Shown here piece after piece: positions 1 through 10,295 of a DNA stretch of 37,612 nucleotides (position 1 is the first letter of the stretch; each line of letters opens with the position of its first letter). The DNA is from an uncultured Lentisphaera sp. (lineage in GTDB: Bacteria; Verrucomicrobiota; Lentisphaeria; Victivallales; GWF2-50-93), in contig CAZGJP010000003.1 in the NCBI GenBank assembly GCA_964526605.1, forward strand, positions 1-37,612, given 5' to 3'. Position numbers and translations under genes: made by a program. The notes under the pieces are model-generated. The model made no database searches, was not told the DNA's origin, and worked only from the letters and a program-made list of their open reading frames with translations.

Positions 1-10
1 GCAAGGAGCG

Positions 11-1324
11 TTAACCCCTCTCTCCTTGTCCGGCGGGGCTTGGACATGCGTGGGCCAAGTCAATTCCCGCGTTCAGCTTCCGGAGCTTTTCGACGATGTT
101 CTCGTGGCCGCGCATGACAATGTCCGCGTTGCGGACGGTGCTGCGGCCCTTTGCGCAGAGCGCGGCGATGACCATGGCCATTCCGGCGCGGATGTCGGGG
201 CTGGAGAGTTCGGCTCCGGATAGTTGCGAGGGGCCGTTGACGATGACCCTGTGCGGATCGCATATGGTCGCGTCGGCGCCCATCGCGATGAGCCTGTCCA
301 CGAAGAAAATCCTCGATTCGAACATCTTCTCGAAGAACATGGCCGATCCCCTCGCCTGCGTGGCCATCACTATCGTGCAGCTCATCATGTCGGTGGGGAA
401 CTGTGGCCAGGGGCCGTCGGAGATGGTCGGCATGGCGTTGCCGATCTCGGGATTTATCCTCAGCTTCTGTCCGGCGTGCATCCTGACGAAGTCCTTTTTT
501 ATCTCCATCTTCGCGTTGAACTTCTCGAAGACGCGCCTGGTCATCCAAAGCGATGAAGGCTTGGTGCCATTGAGCTTTACCTCTCCTCCGGTGGCGGCGG
601 CCAGCGCGAGGAAGCTTCCCGCCTCGATGTGGTCTGCTCCGATCGTCCACTCAGCGCCTGACAGCCGCTCAACTCCGTCAACGACGAGAGTGTCGGAACC
701 GAGGCCGGCGATTTTCGCGCCCATCTTGACGAGCAGTTCTCCGAGTTCGACCACATGCGGCTCTGAGGCGGAATTCCTCATTATGGTTCTACCCTTGGCC
801 CGGACGGCCGCCATGAGGACGTTTTCCGTTGCGGTAACGCTGGGCTCGTCGAAGAAAAGTTCCCTTCCCTTGAGGGCTTTTGTCTCGAGGGAATAGGCGC
901 TGTCGGTCTCGGAGAATGCCGCCCCGAGACATTTGAATCCGTAGAAATGGGCGTCGAGCCTGCGCCGGCCTATCCTGTCTCCGCCTGGGGATGACAGTTT
1001 TGCCGAGCCGCATCTTGCGAGAAGCGGTCCCGCGAACAGAACCGAGGCGCGGAGGCGGGCGCAGAGGTCGGAACGGATTTCGCAATCTGCGATTTTCGCG
1101 GCCTTTAGGCGGAGAATTCCTCCGGAGAAGCTCGATTCGACCCCGAGGGAGGATGCTATCGCGACCATGTTCCGGACGTCGAGGATGTCGGGGACATTTT
1201 TCAGCAGCAGTTCCGCGTCGGTGAGCAGGCATGCCGCTATCATAGGGAGGGCGGCGTTCTTGTTGCCCGAGACGGTCAGTTCGCCGGATATTGAATTTCC
1301 GCCATCTATGATGAATTCAGGCAT
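11..1324 (-). CDS. murA: UDP-N-acetylglucosamine 1-carboxyvinyltransferase MurA (Asp at the Cys115-equivalent position)
   Basis: 437-aa ORF colinear with MurA. N-terminal 'GELTVSGNKNAALPMIAACLL'. Active-site loop 'LSSPGGDRIGRRRLDAHF' matches E. coli 'PGGCTIGARPVDLH'. TAA stop at 11-13. Starts 4 nt after the stop of the upstream GH20-like gene. Confidence 0.93.
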   Translation of the reverse strand: MPEFIIDGGNSISGELTVSGNKNAALPMIAACLLTDAELLLKNVPDILDVRNMVAIASSLGVESSFSGGILRLKAAKIADCEIRSDLCARLRASVLFAGPLLARCGSAKLSSPGGDRIGRRRLDAHFYGFKCLGAAFSETDSAYSLETKALKGRELFFDEPSVTATENVLMAAVRAKGRTIMRNSASEPHVVELGELLVKMGAKIAGLGSDTLVVDGVERLSGAEWTIGADHIEAGSFLALAAATGGEVKLNGTKPSSLWMTRRVFEKFNAKMEIKKDFVRMHAGQKLRINPEIGNAMPTISDGPWPQFPTDMMSCTIVMATQARGSAMFFEKMFESRIFFVDRLIAMGADATICDPHRVIVNGPSQLSGAELSSPDIRAGMAMVIAALCAKGRSTVRNADIVMRGHENIVEKLRKLNAGIDLAHACPSPAGQGERG

Positions 1325-1328
1325 CTTG

Positions 1329-3137
1329 TCACCAAAGGGACAGGCATTTGGTTCTCAACTTTCTTGCGGTGTGGGTATCGTGGACTTTGATCAGTTCGAG
1401 AGGGGCATTCCGCTCCAGTTCGGGGATTCCATGCGACTTGCCCTTCATAAACGAGCGTATGGTGTCCGCGCAGGAGTCGAGGCGCGCGGCGAGCCCGGCG
1501 AACCTGTAGTCCATCTCCTCCAGCCCGAATGGCTTCCTCTCCTCCAGCCACAATCTCCTGTAGAGAGCATGCATCTTGCGGACCTTTCTTGCGAGTTTTT
1601 TCGCCTCCGAGAGGGATTTTTTCAACTTCCTTCTCTTGCCCGGATAGTTCTTCCTGAGCCCCTGGGCGAGCGATATCTTGCCAGCGCTTATCTCGCAAAA
1701 CAGCGAAACCATCTGGTAGAGTCTCGAGTAATGCTTGTTTCCCCTGGATTTCGCCCCATAGAATTTGGACAATCCTTTCAGCAGAGCCTTGTCGTTCTTG
1801 TCCGGCAAGAGGCAGCATGCGGGGTATAGCGGATCTTCGTAGAAGAACATCTTCGGATTCGGGATCATGCGCCCCTCGGGTGAGTTCGCCGGATTCCTTC
1901 CTATCTTCTCGAATCTCGCGAATTTCGCGAAGTCGGCTCCGCAGATGTTCTCCGCACGGGCCTTGTAGAAGTCCTGTTCCGGTTCCGGGGTCCTGCACGT
2001 GGCGAAGAAATATGAGAGTGCCAGCCAGCAGGAGTCGAAGGGGCATTCATGGCCGTCGTCGCCCCACATGGTCATCATGACCTTCCGCATTTTCTTCCGG
2101 CGGACGATTTTCATCATTGCGGAAGTGTTTTCCCTGACTCTCTTGAAGTCCGGAAGGAAATTGCCCCAGTTCCAGAGGCCGGGGGATGAGATGCAGTCGA
2201 AGCCGCTTTTTTCTATCTTCTCGAAGTCCACCTCGTATTTCCTTTCGTCCGGCGTGTAGTAGTTCCAGTAGTTGAGAGTCACGTTTCTGGGAATGATTGA
2301 TATCTCCTCGTCGGCCATGGCCTCCTCGCCGGAACTTCCGAGGACGAAATCGCCCCATATGACAGGCTTCAATCCCTTCTCATCGCATATCTTGGCGACT
2401 TTCGCGACATGTTCTGCATATATGCGTCGTGGATTGATGGGCGTGTTGGCCTTGAATGTCCTGCCTCTGCCTATCCCCCAGGTCTCGTCCATGCCCAGAT
2501 GTATCAGCTTCGTGTCGTAGGGAGCCGACGCGTTGGAGATCAGCTTCGAGACGAATTCATACGTTTCCGGGACCAGCGCGTTGAGGACGCGCTCGTTGTC
2601 GCATATCTTCTGGTAATGCGAGTATTTGAGTATCTGCTCCAGGTGGCCGAGGGTCTGTATGCAGGGGAACATCGTGACTCCGAACTTCGCGGCGTGGGCG
2701 ACGAGCTCCCTTATCTCGTCCTTCGAGTATGCGCCGCGCGCGTAGCCTATCAGCGGCTCGCCGTCAACCTCGTAGGTGTCCTCCGTGTAGAGGCAGAAAT
2801 AGTTCATTCCCATCAGCGCGAGGCGGGCGATGGCATCCTTCAGGAAGGAAGTCTTCGGGACGGCGTTCCGGGAGCAGTCCAGCATCAGCGCACGGAATTC
2901 AAGAGGATGGACGAAGCTCTCCACGAAGTCCCCCGACACGATGTCGCCAATCGCGGTCGCGAGATGGGAGAGGTCGGAGTACTCGATCTTGATCTTGTCG
3001 CCAGAGCGGGAGATGGAGAAGCCCACCCTTTCGCTTTTCTCCACAGACAGGATCGTCCCCTTGCCGGAGGAGAAGATTTCCGGCAGAAGTCCGCATAGCT
3101 CCGAACCGAATGGAATCTCATTCGCACGGTATCTCAT
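1329..3137 (-). CDS. GH20-like beta-N-acetylhexosaminidase family protein, no signal peptide
   Basis: 602-aa ORF with GH20-type TIM-barrel motifs: 'RALMLDCSRNAVP', 'MNYFCLYTEDTYE', 'PCIQTLGHLE', and 'IHLGMDETWGIG', which retains the Asp-Glu pair. GAGGAG lies about 6 nt upstream of the ATG at 3137. Confidence 0.7.
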   Translation of the reverse strand: MRYRANEIPFGSELCGLLPEIFSSGKGTILSVEKSERVGFSISRSGDKIKIEYSDLSHLATAIGDIVSGDFVESFVHPLEFRALMLDCSRNAVPKTSFLKDAIARLALMGMNYFCLYTEDTYEVDGEPLIGYARGAYSKDEIRELVAHAAKFGVTMFPCIQTLGHLEQILKYSHYQKICDNERVLNALVPETYEFVSKLISNASAPYDTKLIHLGMDETWGIGRGRTFKANTPINPRRIYAEHVAKVAKICDEKGLKPVIWGDFVLGSSGEEAMADEEISIIPRNVTLNYWNYYTPDERKYEVDFEKIEKSGFDCISSPGLWNWGNFLPDFKRVRENTSAMMKIVRRKKMRKVMMTMWGDDGHECPFDSCWLALSYFFATCRTPEPEQDFYKARAENICGADFAKFARFEKIGRNPANSPEGRMIPNPKMFFYEDPLYPACCLLPDKNDKALLKGLSKFYGAKSRGNKHYSRLYQMVSLFCEISAGKISLAQGLRKNYPGKRRKLKKSLSEAKKLARKVRKMHALYRRLWLEERKPFGLEEMDYRFAGLAARLDSCADTIRSFMKGKSHGIPELERNAPLELIKVHDTHTARKLRTKCLSLW

Positions 3138-3439
3138 CTTCGCTCCTCTTCAAGATTAGGCCGTGTCCCGGCCGCTGTTGAAATTCAGCCATGATGATCT
3201 CTTTTTTACGGCATACATGCCGGAGTCTAAAAAAAAGAACCATCGCGCGCCAAGTTACATTGCGTGATGCGCTGTGTCAAGCTGAAAACGGAGAAAGTGG
3301 AGAGCGGGAGAACCGGAACAGGCATATCCAAAACTGAGGAGATGGAAGGAGAAATAAATGGTCCTGTTGACTTTGCGGGCCTGCAGGCTAGTTTTCTCCT
3401 CAACAGCAGCAAGATAATAATTCCTATAAGTATTTTAAT

Positions 3440-5452
3440 TTGAGCAAATTGTCCATAGAATATTTGGCAATGCCGGCGGCAAATTTGGGAGGGGAGAATC
3501 CGCTGCCCCCGATAGCCTGCAACCACGGAATAAATTCAGAGTATAAGATAGCGGATTCCGTCCCTGATGAGGATCGCAGACATCTCGGCTGGGGATATCC
3601 CGGAAGTCTCCTGCCATATCGTTTGCAGGACAACTACGACCGTTCCCGGACTCCGAAGGCGTTTCAGGTTGTCGTCCTGGAAAACAAATTTCTTCGCGCC
3701 GTTTTTTTCCCATCTCTTGGCGGGCGGCTGTGGTCTCTTGCAAACAAGCTCGACGGGCGGGAGCTTCTTGCTCGAAATCCGGTCTTTCAGCCGTGCAATC
3801 TGGGCTTGCGAAATGCCTGGCTGAGCGGAGGAGTCGAATGGAATTTCGGATGGACGGGACATTGGCCCTACACATGCTCCCCTCTCTTTGCCGCGAAATT
3901 TCGTCTTCCCGACGGCGGATCCGGTCTGCGCATGTGGGAATGGGAGCGTGTCCGCCAGATGCCTTTGCGGATCGACGCGTGGTTGCCGGAGGATTCACGG
4001 GTGCTTTTTGTCCGCGTATCCATCCGCAATCCGTCAAGGGAGGAAATTCCGGTATATTGGTGGTCGAATATTTCCGTCGAGGAGCATGAGGACACACGTG
4101 TCATCGTTCCAGCCGACGATGCATTGGTTTTCAATTATGAAAGGACAATGAGGCTGTCCTCTGTTCCTGTTGACGGAGGAAATGACAACACATATCCGGC
4201 GTTATTGCGGAACTCCATGGACATATTTTACAGGATTCCGTCCGGGCATCGTCCATGGATAACGGCCCTTGATGGACGGGGACGGGGGCTTTTCCAGACG
4301 TCCACAAGCCTGCTCCATGGCCGCAAATTGTTCCGCTGGGGCAAGCACGTCGGGGGGAAAAACTGGCAGCGTTTTCTCTGTACGCCGGACTACATTGAGA
4401 TTCAGGCTGGACTGGCGCGCACGCAGTCGCATTGCCTGCCGATGCCTGCAGGCGCGACCTGGACATGGATCGAGGCATATGGCGACCTTCATGTGGATGC
4501 GGGGGCCGTGCATGGCAATGATTGGCGTCTGGCGCGTCGGAGAGTTGAGGAGGCGATTGAAGGAGCGATTTCTGAAAAGAAGCTTGAAGGAATGCTGGAA
4601 GACTCGGAGTCCTGGGCGGGAAAAGCGCCGGGGGATCTTGTTTCGAATGGTTCCGGTTGGGGCGCGCTGGAGGTGTTGCGCAGGAAACGCGCGGGCGAAG
4701 CCGGGATGGAAATGCCAGGCATATTTTTCCCCCTCGGTTCGATGGGTGTCGAACAGGAGCCATGGATTGATTTGCTTGAAAGGGGCGTGCTGACTGAAAC
4801 TGAGGCGTTGAAAGCTCCGGCAAGTTACCAGGTTCAGCGGGAATGGATGCAAATGCTAGAAAAAGGCATGGCAAGTGGAAGGGGCCGGCACTGGAGTTCG
4901 CTTTTCCACTACGGTGTGATGCAATGGCGCTGGAACCGGCGCAAAGAAGCATCGCGCTCCTGGAGAGAATCTCTGAAGGCAAAATGGAATCCTTGGGCGG
5001 AGCGCTGCCTTGGAATCGCAGCGTTGCTCGACAAGCGTTACGTCACCGCTGTCAATCATCTTCGAAGGGCGATTGACGCAAGACCCGACATCTTTCCGCT
5101 TGTTGTCGAATATCTCGAATCTCTCAGGCAAGCGGGGCGGTCCCGCGAAACTCTGAATTTCATAGGAACCTTGCGTCGGGCATTCCGGAAACACGGACGC
5201 GTCCGGCTCCATGAGGGTTATGCGTTGCTAAAATTGAAGAAATTCGACGCCCTTGAAAGCCTCCTGGCCGATGCCCCCGTTCCAGTGGACATGCGGGAGG
5301 GGAATGAATCTCTCAAGAATATGTGGTTCGGCCTGCAGTATGCCCGCGAGGAGAAAAAGCTCGGCCGCCAACTCGACGATTCCGAGAGAAGCGCCATCCG
5401 AATTAAACATCCTTGTCCAGCCGCCATCGATTACAGGCAGAAGGAAAATTAG
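3440..5452 (+). CDS. DUF5107-family protein with C-terminal TPR-like helical region
   Basis: 670-aa ORF. The N-terminal third ('IEYLAMPAANLGGENPLPP', 'LPYRLQDNYDR', 'VVVLENKFLRAVFFPSLGGRLWSL', 'GVEWNFGWTGH') matches my recollection of DUF5107 beta-sandwich proteins. The C-terminal ~170 aa is helical and repeat-like. The track start is a TTG; the ATG at 3470 is an alternative. Confidence 0.6.
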   Translation: MSKLSIEYLAMPAANLGGENPLPPIACNHGINSEYKIADSVPDEDRRHLGWGYPGSLLPYRLQDNYDRSRTPKAFQVVVLENKFLRAVFFPSLGGRLWSLANKLDGRELLARNPVFQPCNLGLRNAWLSGGVEWNFGWTGHWPYTCSPLFAAKFRLPDGGSGLRMWEWERVRQMPLRIDAWLPEDSRVLFVRVSIRNPSREEIPVYWWSNISVEEHEDTRVIVPADDALVFNYERTMRLSSVPVDGGNDNTYPALLRNSMDIFYRIPSGHRPWITALDGRGRGLFQTSTSLLHGRKLFRWGKHVGGKNWQRFLCTPDYIEIQAGLARTQSHCLPMPAGATWTWIEAYGDLHVDAGAVHGNDWRLARRRVEEAIEGAISEKKLEGMLEDSESWAGKAPGDLVSNGSGWGALEVLRRKRAGEAGMEMPGIFFPLGSMGVEQEPWIDLLERGVLTETEALKAPASYQVQREWMQMLEKGMASGRGRHWSSLFHYGVMQWRWNRRKEASRSWRESLKAKWNPWAERCLGIAALLDKRYVTAVNHLRRAIDARPDIFPLVVEYLESLRQAGRSRETLNFIGTLRRAFRKHGRVRLHEGYALLKLKKFDALESLLADAPVPVDMREGNESLKNMWFGLQYAREEKKLGRQLDDSERSAIRIKHPCPAAIDYRQKEN

Positions 5453-5716
5453 CCCCGTATTGTCATACATTGTAATTGTTCTATATTATTCTATCTTCAT
5501 CCAAGGCAGTTGCATCGTAGCTTAGCAAGAAGATCACAATCAGACAAAAGAACAAGTTCATGGGAATTCTCCTTTGTCTCTGAGATAGTTGCCTCCAGGC
5601 CTAACACGCGAGCCTCCCGAGCACCTTCAGTCTCGGGGCAGGCGAGACACTTGTATTGATGTCAGCCCGGTCCCGAGCCCAATGGGCGCCCGGGATAGAT
5701 ATTGCATTGTTTTTCA

Positions 5717-7627
5717 TCAATTCAGCATGACCTGTCCGCCGGTGACCGGGATGGCCTGTCCGGTCTCGTATTTCTGTTCGACGCAATATATGATTGCCTT
5801 GGCGACGTCGGACGGGTGGCATCCGCGGCCCATGGGGACTTTTGACTCGTAGAATTTCCTCACGTCGTCGATGTTTTTCGCTCCTGGGACCTTTCCGCTC
5901 TTGAGATACTGGACGAAGAGGCCGCTGGTCGGATCGCTCCATAGGGGGCCTTCGTAGTAGTTGCCTGGGCATATGCTGTTGACCTTGATCTTGTCCTCGA
6001 CCAGTTCGAGGGCGAAGCTTTGGGTGAGGCCGATTCCTCCGAACTTGCCGCCGGCGTATGCGGCGTTTCTGGAGCTGCCCGCGAGTCCGCTCTTCGAGTT
6101 GATCTGGATGATGTCGGAGAACTCGGTCCCCTCGGCGTTCTGCATCGCCATGACTTTCGCGGCGTGCTTCGCGCAGAGGAAGTAGCCGGAGTAGTTGACG
6201 GACGTGACGAAGTCCCAGTCCTTCTTCTGGAAGGTCTTCAGGGGGCCCGCCTTGAGCACTCCTGCGTTGGCCACGAAGATGTCGAGTCCGCCGCAAGTCT
6301 CCACGATTTCGGCCATCATGCTCTCGACCGAGGATTCGTCGGCGACGTTTCCAGACACCGGGAACGCGGAGTTTTTTCTGCCTGTAACCCTGCGGATTTC
6401 GCGGGCGGCCTTCTCCGCTCCTTCCCTGTTGATGTCGCAGAGTGCCACGGTGGCGCCCTCCTTGGCCAGTTCGAGGGCTATGCCCAGGCCGAATCCCTGG
6501 GCCGCGCCGGTTATCGCGGCGATCTTTCCGGCAAGGCGTCCGCCGGATGCCGAGGCGACCTTCTTCCTGTATGACTCGACTTCCCAGTCCTCGATGAAGG
6601 AGCGCTGGTCTTTGTCCAGATAGTTTGCTCCGCCGCATGCCTCCGCCAGTTGCTGGACGAGTGCGGCGTCCTTCGCCAAATCGAGACATGTAGAGGCATC
6701 TTTCAATGCCGTTCCGGCGCAGAAGACGGCCTTGCCCGGGACGGACACGACCACTGGCTTGTAGGAATGTTTTTTCGCGAAGGCGTCAATGGATTTTCCC
6801 GACGGGCTGCGCTCCTCCAGCGCGAATGATTTCGAGTAGACGATGTGGTCCGGGGTGAGGGGGCCTTTCGCCACGTCGAAGCTTCCGGCGGATGTGACGG
6901 CGAGCCGGATTCCGTCCGACGAGAGCCATGTGCGTAGTCTTGGCGCGAGGTTTGCGACGGTGGCCGGATCGGGTTTCGTCTCGGTCTTCAGGTTTGTCTC
7001 AGTCCCCTTCGTCCTGTAGAAGTTTCCGAGCTTGTCCATGATATCGGAGTATATGGCCTTTATCTCCTGTTCGCTGTCGGCGGCGACGAAGACGCCGTGG
7101 TTCTGGAGGAAGATGGTTTTCGGGCAGTTTTTCCCGGATCTTGCGAATTTTGCGATCTCGGCGTTTATCTTGAGGGCGAGGGTGTATCCCGGATTGGTGT
7201 ATTCCACCCAGTGCGAGTCGGGGAAGAGTCTTCCGCATATGTCCTTTCCCCTCTTGCCGCAGGTCATTCCGTTGACGAGGGCCGGGTGCAGATGCACTAC
7301 GAATCTGTAGGGAAGCGCCTCGTGGAGGGGGGTTTCGACCGAGGGGCGGCCTGAGGAGTCGTGGCAGACTGCGGCAGCGAGGATCTGCTTCACGAAGGCC
7401 TCCTTCGCGTGGGCGCCTTCGGGGGACTTTTCGGAGAAGACGAGGCGGATCTTTGCGCGGGACATCTTGACGAAATCGGATTCCTTTATCTCGGCGAGCG
7501 CTATTCCGCTTGGTTTGACGTGGAGGAATTTCTCGTCCTTGCATGATGTGTTGCCTCCGCCGGCGAGGACGTAGGCTGGATTCTTCCCGTAGAAGTTTGA
7601 AACTTCGGTGATTTTCTTCAAAGACAT
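5717..7627 (-). CDS. bifunctional class II aldolase (rhamnulose-1-phosphate aldolase-like) / short-chain dehydrogenase
   Basis: N-terminal half is a class II aldolase/adducin-type domain ('NPAYVLAGGGNTS', 'VVHLHP', 'IFLQNHGVFV'). C-terminal half is an SDR ('AAITGAAQGFGLGIA' Rossmann motif, 'AAYAGGKFG' Y-x3-K). Preferred start is the ATG at 7627 (MSLKKITE), which has AGGAGA 7 nt upstream. The track start at 7648 adds 7 codons. Confidence 0.82.
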   Translation of the reverse strand: MSLKKITEVSNFYGKNPAYVLAGGGNTSCKDEKFLHVKPSGIALAEIKESDFVKMSRAKIRLVFSEKSPEGAHAKEAFVKQILAAAVCHDSSGRPSVETPLHEALPYRFVVHLHPALVNGMTCGKRGKDICGRLFPDSHWVEYTNPGYTLALKINAEIAKFARSGKNCPKTIFLQNHGVFVAADSEQEIKAIYSDIMDKLGNFYRTKGTETNLKTETKPDPATVANLAPRLRTWLSSDGIRLAVTSAGSFDVAKGPLTPDHIVYSKSFALEERSPSGKSIDAFAKKHSYKPVVVSVPGKAVFCAGTALKDASTCLDLAKDAALVQQLAEACGGANYLDKDQRSFIEDWEVESYRKKVASASGGRLAGKIAAITGAAQGFGLGIALELAKEGATVALCDINREGAEKAAREIRRVTGRKNSAFPVSGNVADESSVESMMAEIVETCGGLDIFVANAGVLKAGPLKTFQKKDWDFVTSVNYSGYFLCAKHAAKVMAMQNAEGTEFSDIIQINSKSGLAGSSRNAAYAGGKFGGIGLTQSFALELVEDKIKVNSICPGNYYEGPLWSDPTSGLFVQYLKSGKVPGAKNIDDVRKFYESKVPMGRGCHPSDVAKAIIYCVEQKYETGQAIPVTGGQVMLN

Positions 7628-7698
7628 ATTCGATCTCCTATTGTTCATTGATCTTGATCGTTTTTTTTCTTTTCCTCATGCATCTCAATGCGCAACCT

Positions 7699-9000
<1,302 letters not shown>

Positions 9001-9011
9001 TTGGCCTCCTG

Positions 9012-10292
9012 CTATTCCTGCAGCAATTGCTCCATGAGGTTGACCGTCTTTTCCACCGCTCCGCGGTGTTTTTTCACGGCCCGTCTGGCGTTCTCCCCTA
9101 TTTTCTCCCTCAAGCCGGGGACTGCGGCCAGTTTCTCGATCTCGGCGCAGAGCTGATTGAAGTCGAAGACGGTGATGACTCCGTCCTCCTCGATCAAGAC
9201 CTGCAATATGAATCTGAAATTGGTGAGGACTCCGCCTGTTATTATGGGTTTTCCGAGCAGGGCCGGCTCGATGAGGTTGTGCCCCTCCTTGTGTCCAGCC
9301 AGGGATTTGCCCATTATCACGATGTCCGAGGCGGCTATGAATTTCATCAGCTCCCCGGTTGTGTCCGCCAGCAGGCAGTCAACGGGGGAATCCGTTTTTT
9401 TCCCTTCGGATCTGCGCGAGAATGATATTCCCAGTTTTCTTAGTTCGGCGGCGATGAATATCCCGCGCTCGGCATGCCTGGGGACTATTATCAGCCTGGC
9501 GTCCTGGTGCTTCTCCCTTGTCCTCAGAAAGGCCTTGCCTATGAATTCCTCCTCGCCCGGATGCGTGCTCGCGGCGAGGATTACCATCCTATCCCCCGGG
9601 CCGAAGACTTCGTCGAGATTCAGCCCCGTGGCGTCAACCTCCTTCACGCTCTGGTCGAATTTCATGTTTCCGCATACGTGCACGGGAAGCTTCTGCGAAA
9701 TACGCAGGAAGCGTCCGGCGTCGTTTTCCGACTGGACGCAGATGACCTGTATCTTGGAAAGTATTTTGGAGAAAAAGAATGCGAATCTTTCGTATCCCTT
9801 GGCGGAACGGTCGGATATCCTGGCGTTGACAAGCGCCATCTGGACGCCTTTGGACGCCGACTCGCATATCATGCTGGGCCATATCTCCGTCTCGAATATG
9901 ACGAGCAGCCTGGGTCTTGTCAGTCGAAGCGCCCTGCGGACCACGAAGACGAAGTCTATCGGACAGAATATGAGCGCCGTGTTGGGTGGTAGGTTTTTGA
10001 AGGCCAGCTCCTGCGCCGTGGTCGTGGTGGTTGAAAGGACGAAGCGCCTGCCGGGGTTCTTGGCGCTCCAGGCCTTTATCATTGAGAGGGCCGACTGGGT
10101 CTCTCCGACGCTGACGGAGTGCACCCACACATCCCCGCCGAAATTTTTCAGGGCATCCCTCTTTTCCCTGGAAAAGAAGCCGAACCTCTCGGCGAAGTTT
10201 CTCTTCCTCCCCCCCCTGAAGACAAGTTTCCAGAGCAGTCCTGGGGCGAAGAGGAGGAAGCCGAACACGAAAAGAATGTTGTATGGAATCAT
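9012..10292 (-). CDS. waaA: 3-deoxy-D-manno-octulosonic acid (Kdo) transferase
   Basis: 426-aa ORF with an N-terminal membrane anchor, 'VWVHSVSVGE' (E. coli 'HAVSVGE'), 'ETEIWP', and a GT30-like C-terminal half. Its stop is 11 nt before the thiC start. Confidence 0.88.
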   Translation of the reverse strand: MIPYNILFVFGFLLFAPGLLWKLVFRGGRKRNFAERFGFFSREKRDALKNFGGDVWVHSVSVGETQSALSMIKAWSAKNPGRRFVLSTTTTTAQELAFKNLPPNTALIFCPIDFVFVVRRALRLTRPRLLVIFETEIWPSMICESASKGVQMALVNARISDRSAKGYERFAFFFSKILSKIQVICVQSENDAGRFLRISQKLPVHVCGNMKFDQSVKEVDATGLNLDEVFGPGDRMVILAASTHPGEEEFIGKAFLRTREKHQDARLIIVPRHAERGIFIAAELRKLGISFSRRSEGKKTDSPVDCLLADTTGELMKFIAASDIVIMGKSLAGHKEGHNLIEPALLGKPIITGGVLTNFRFILQVLIEEDGVITVFDFNQLCAEIEKLAAVPGLREKIGENARRAVKKHRGAVEKTVNLMEQLLQE

Positions 10293-10295
10293 AAG

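Noticed and set aside
399-409. AACTGTGGCCA inside murA, a 10/11 match to the right arm of the 13669-13706 inverted repeat. An 8-mer match also occurs at 7751-7758.
   Set aside because: These are single half-sites inside coding sequence with no inverted partner nearby. A 9-10-mer match is roughly at chance expectation in 75 kb of two-strand sequence.
60-1232. Several 100-260-aa ORFs overlapping murA in other frames (for example 96-896 on the + strand and 60-650 on the - strand).
   Set aside because: They are out-of-frame or antisense overlaps of a confidently identified murA. Their composition is Arg/Ser-rich and non-protein-like.
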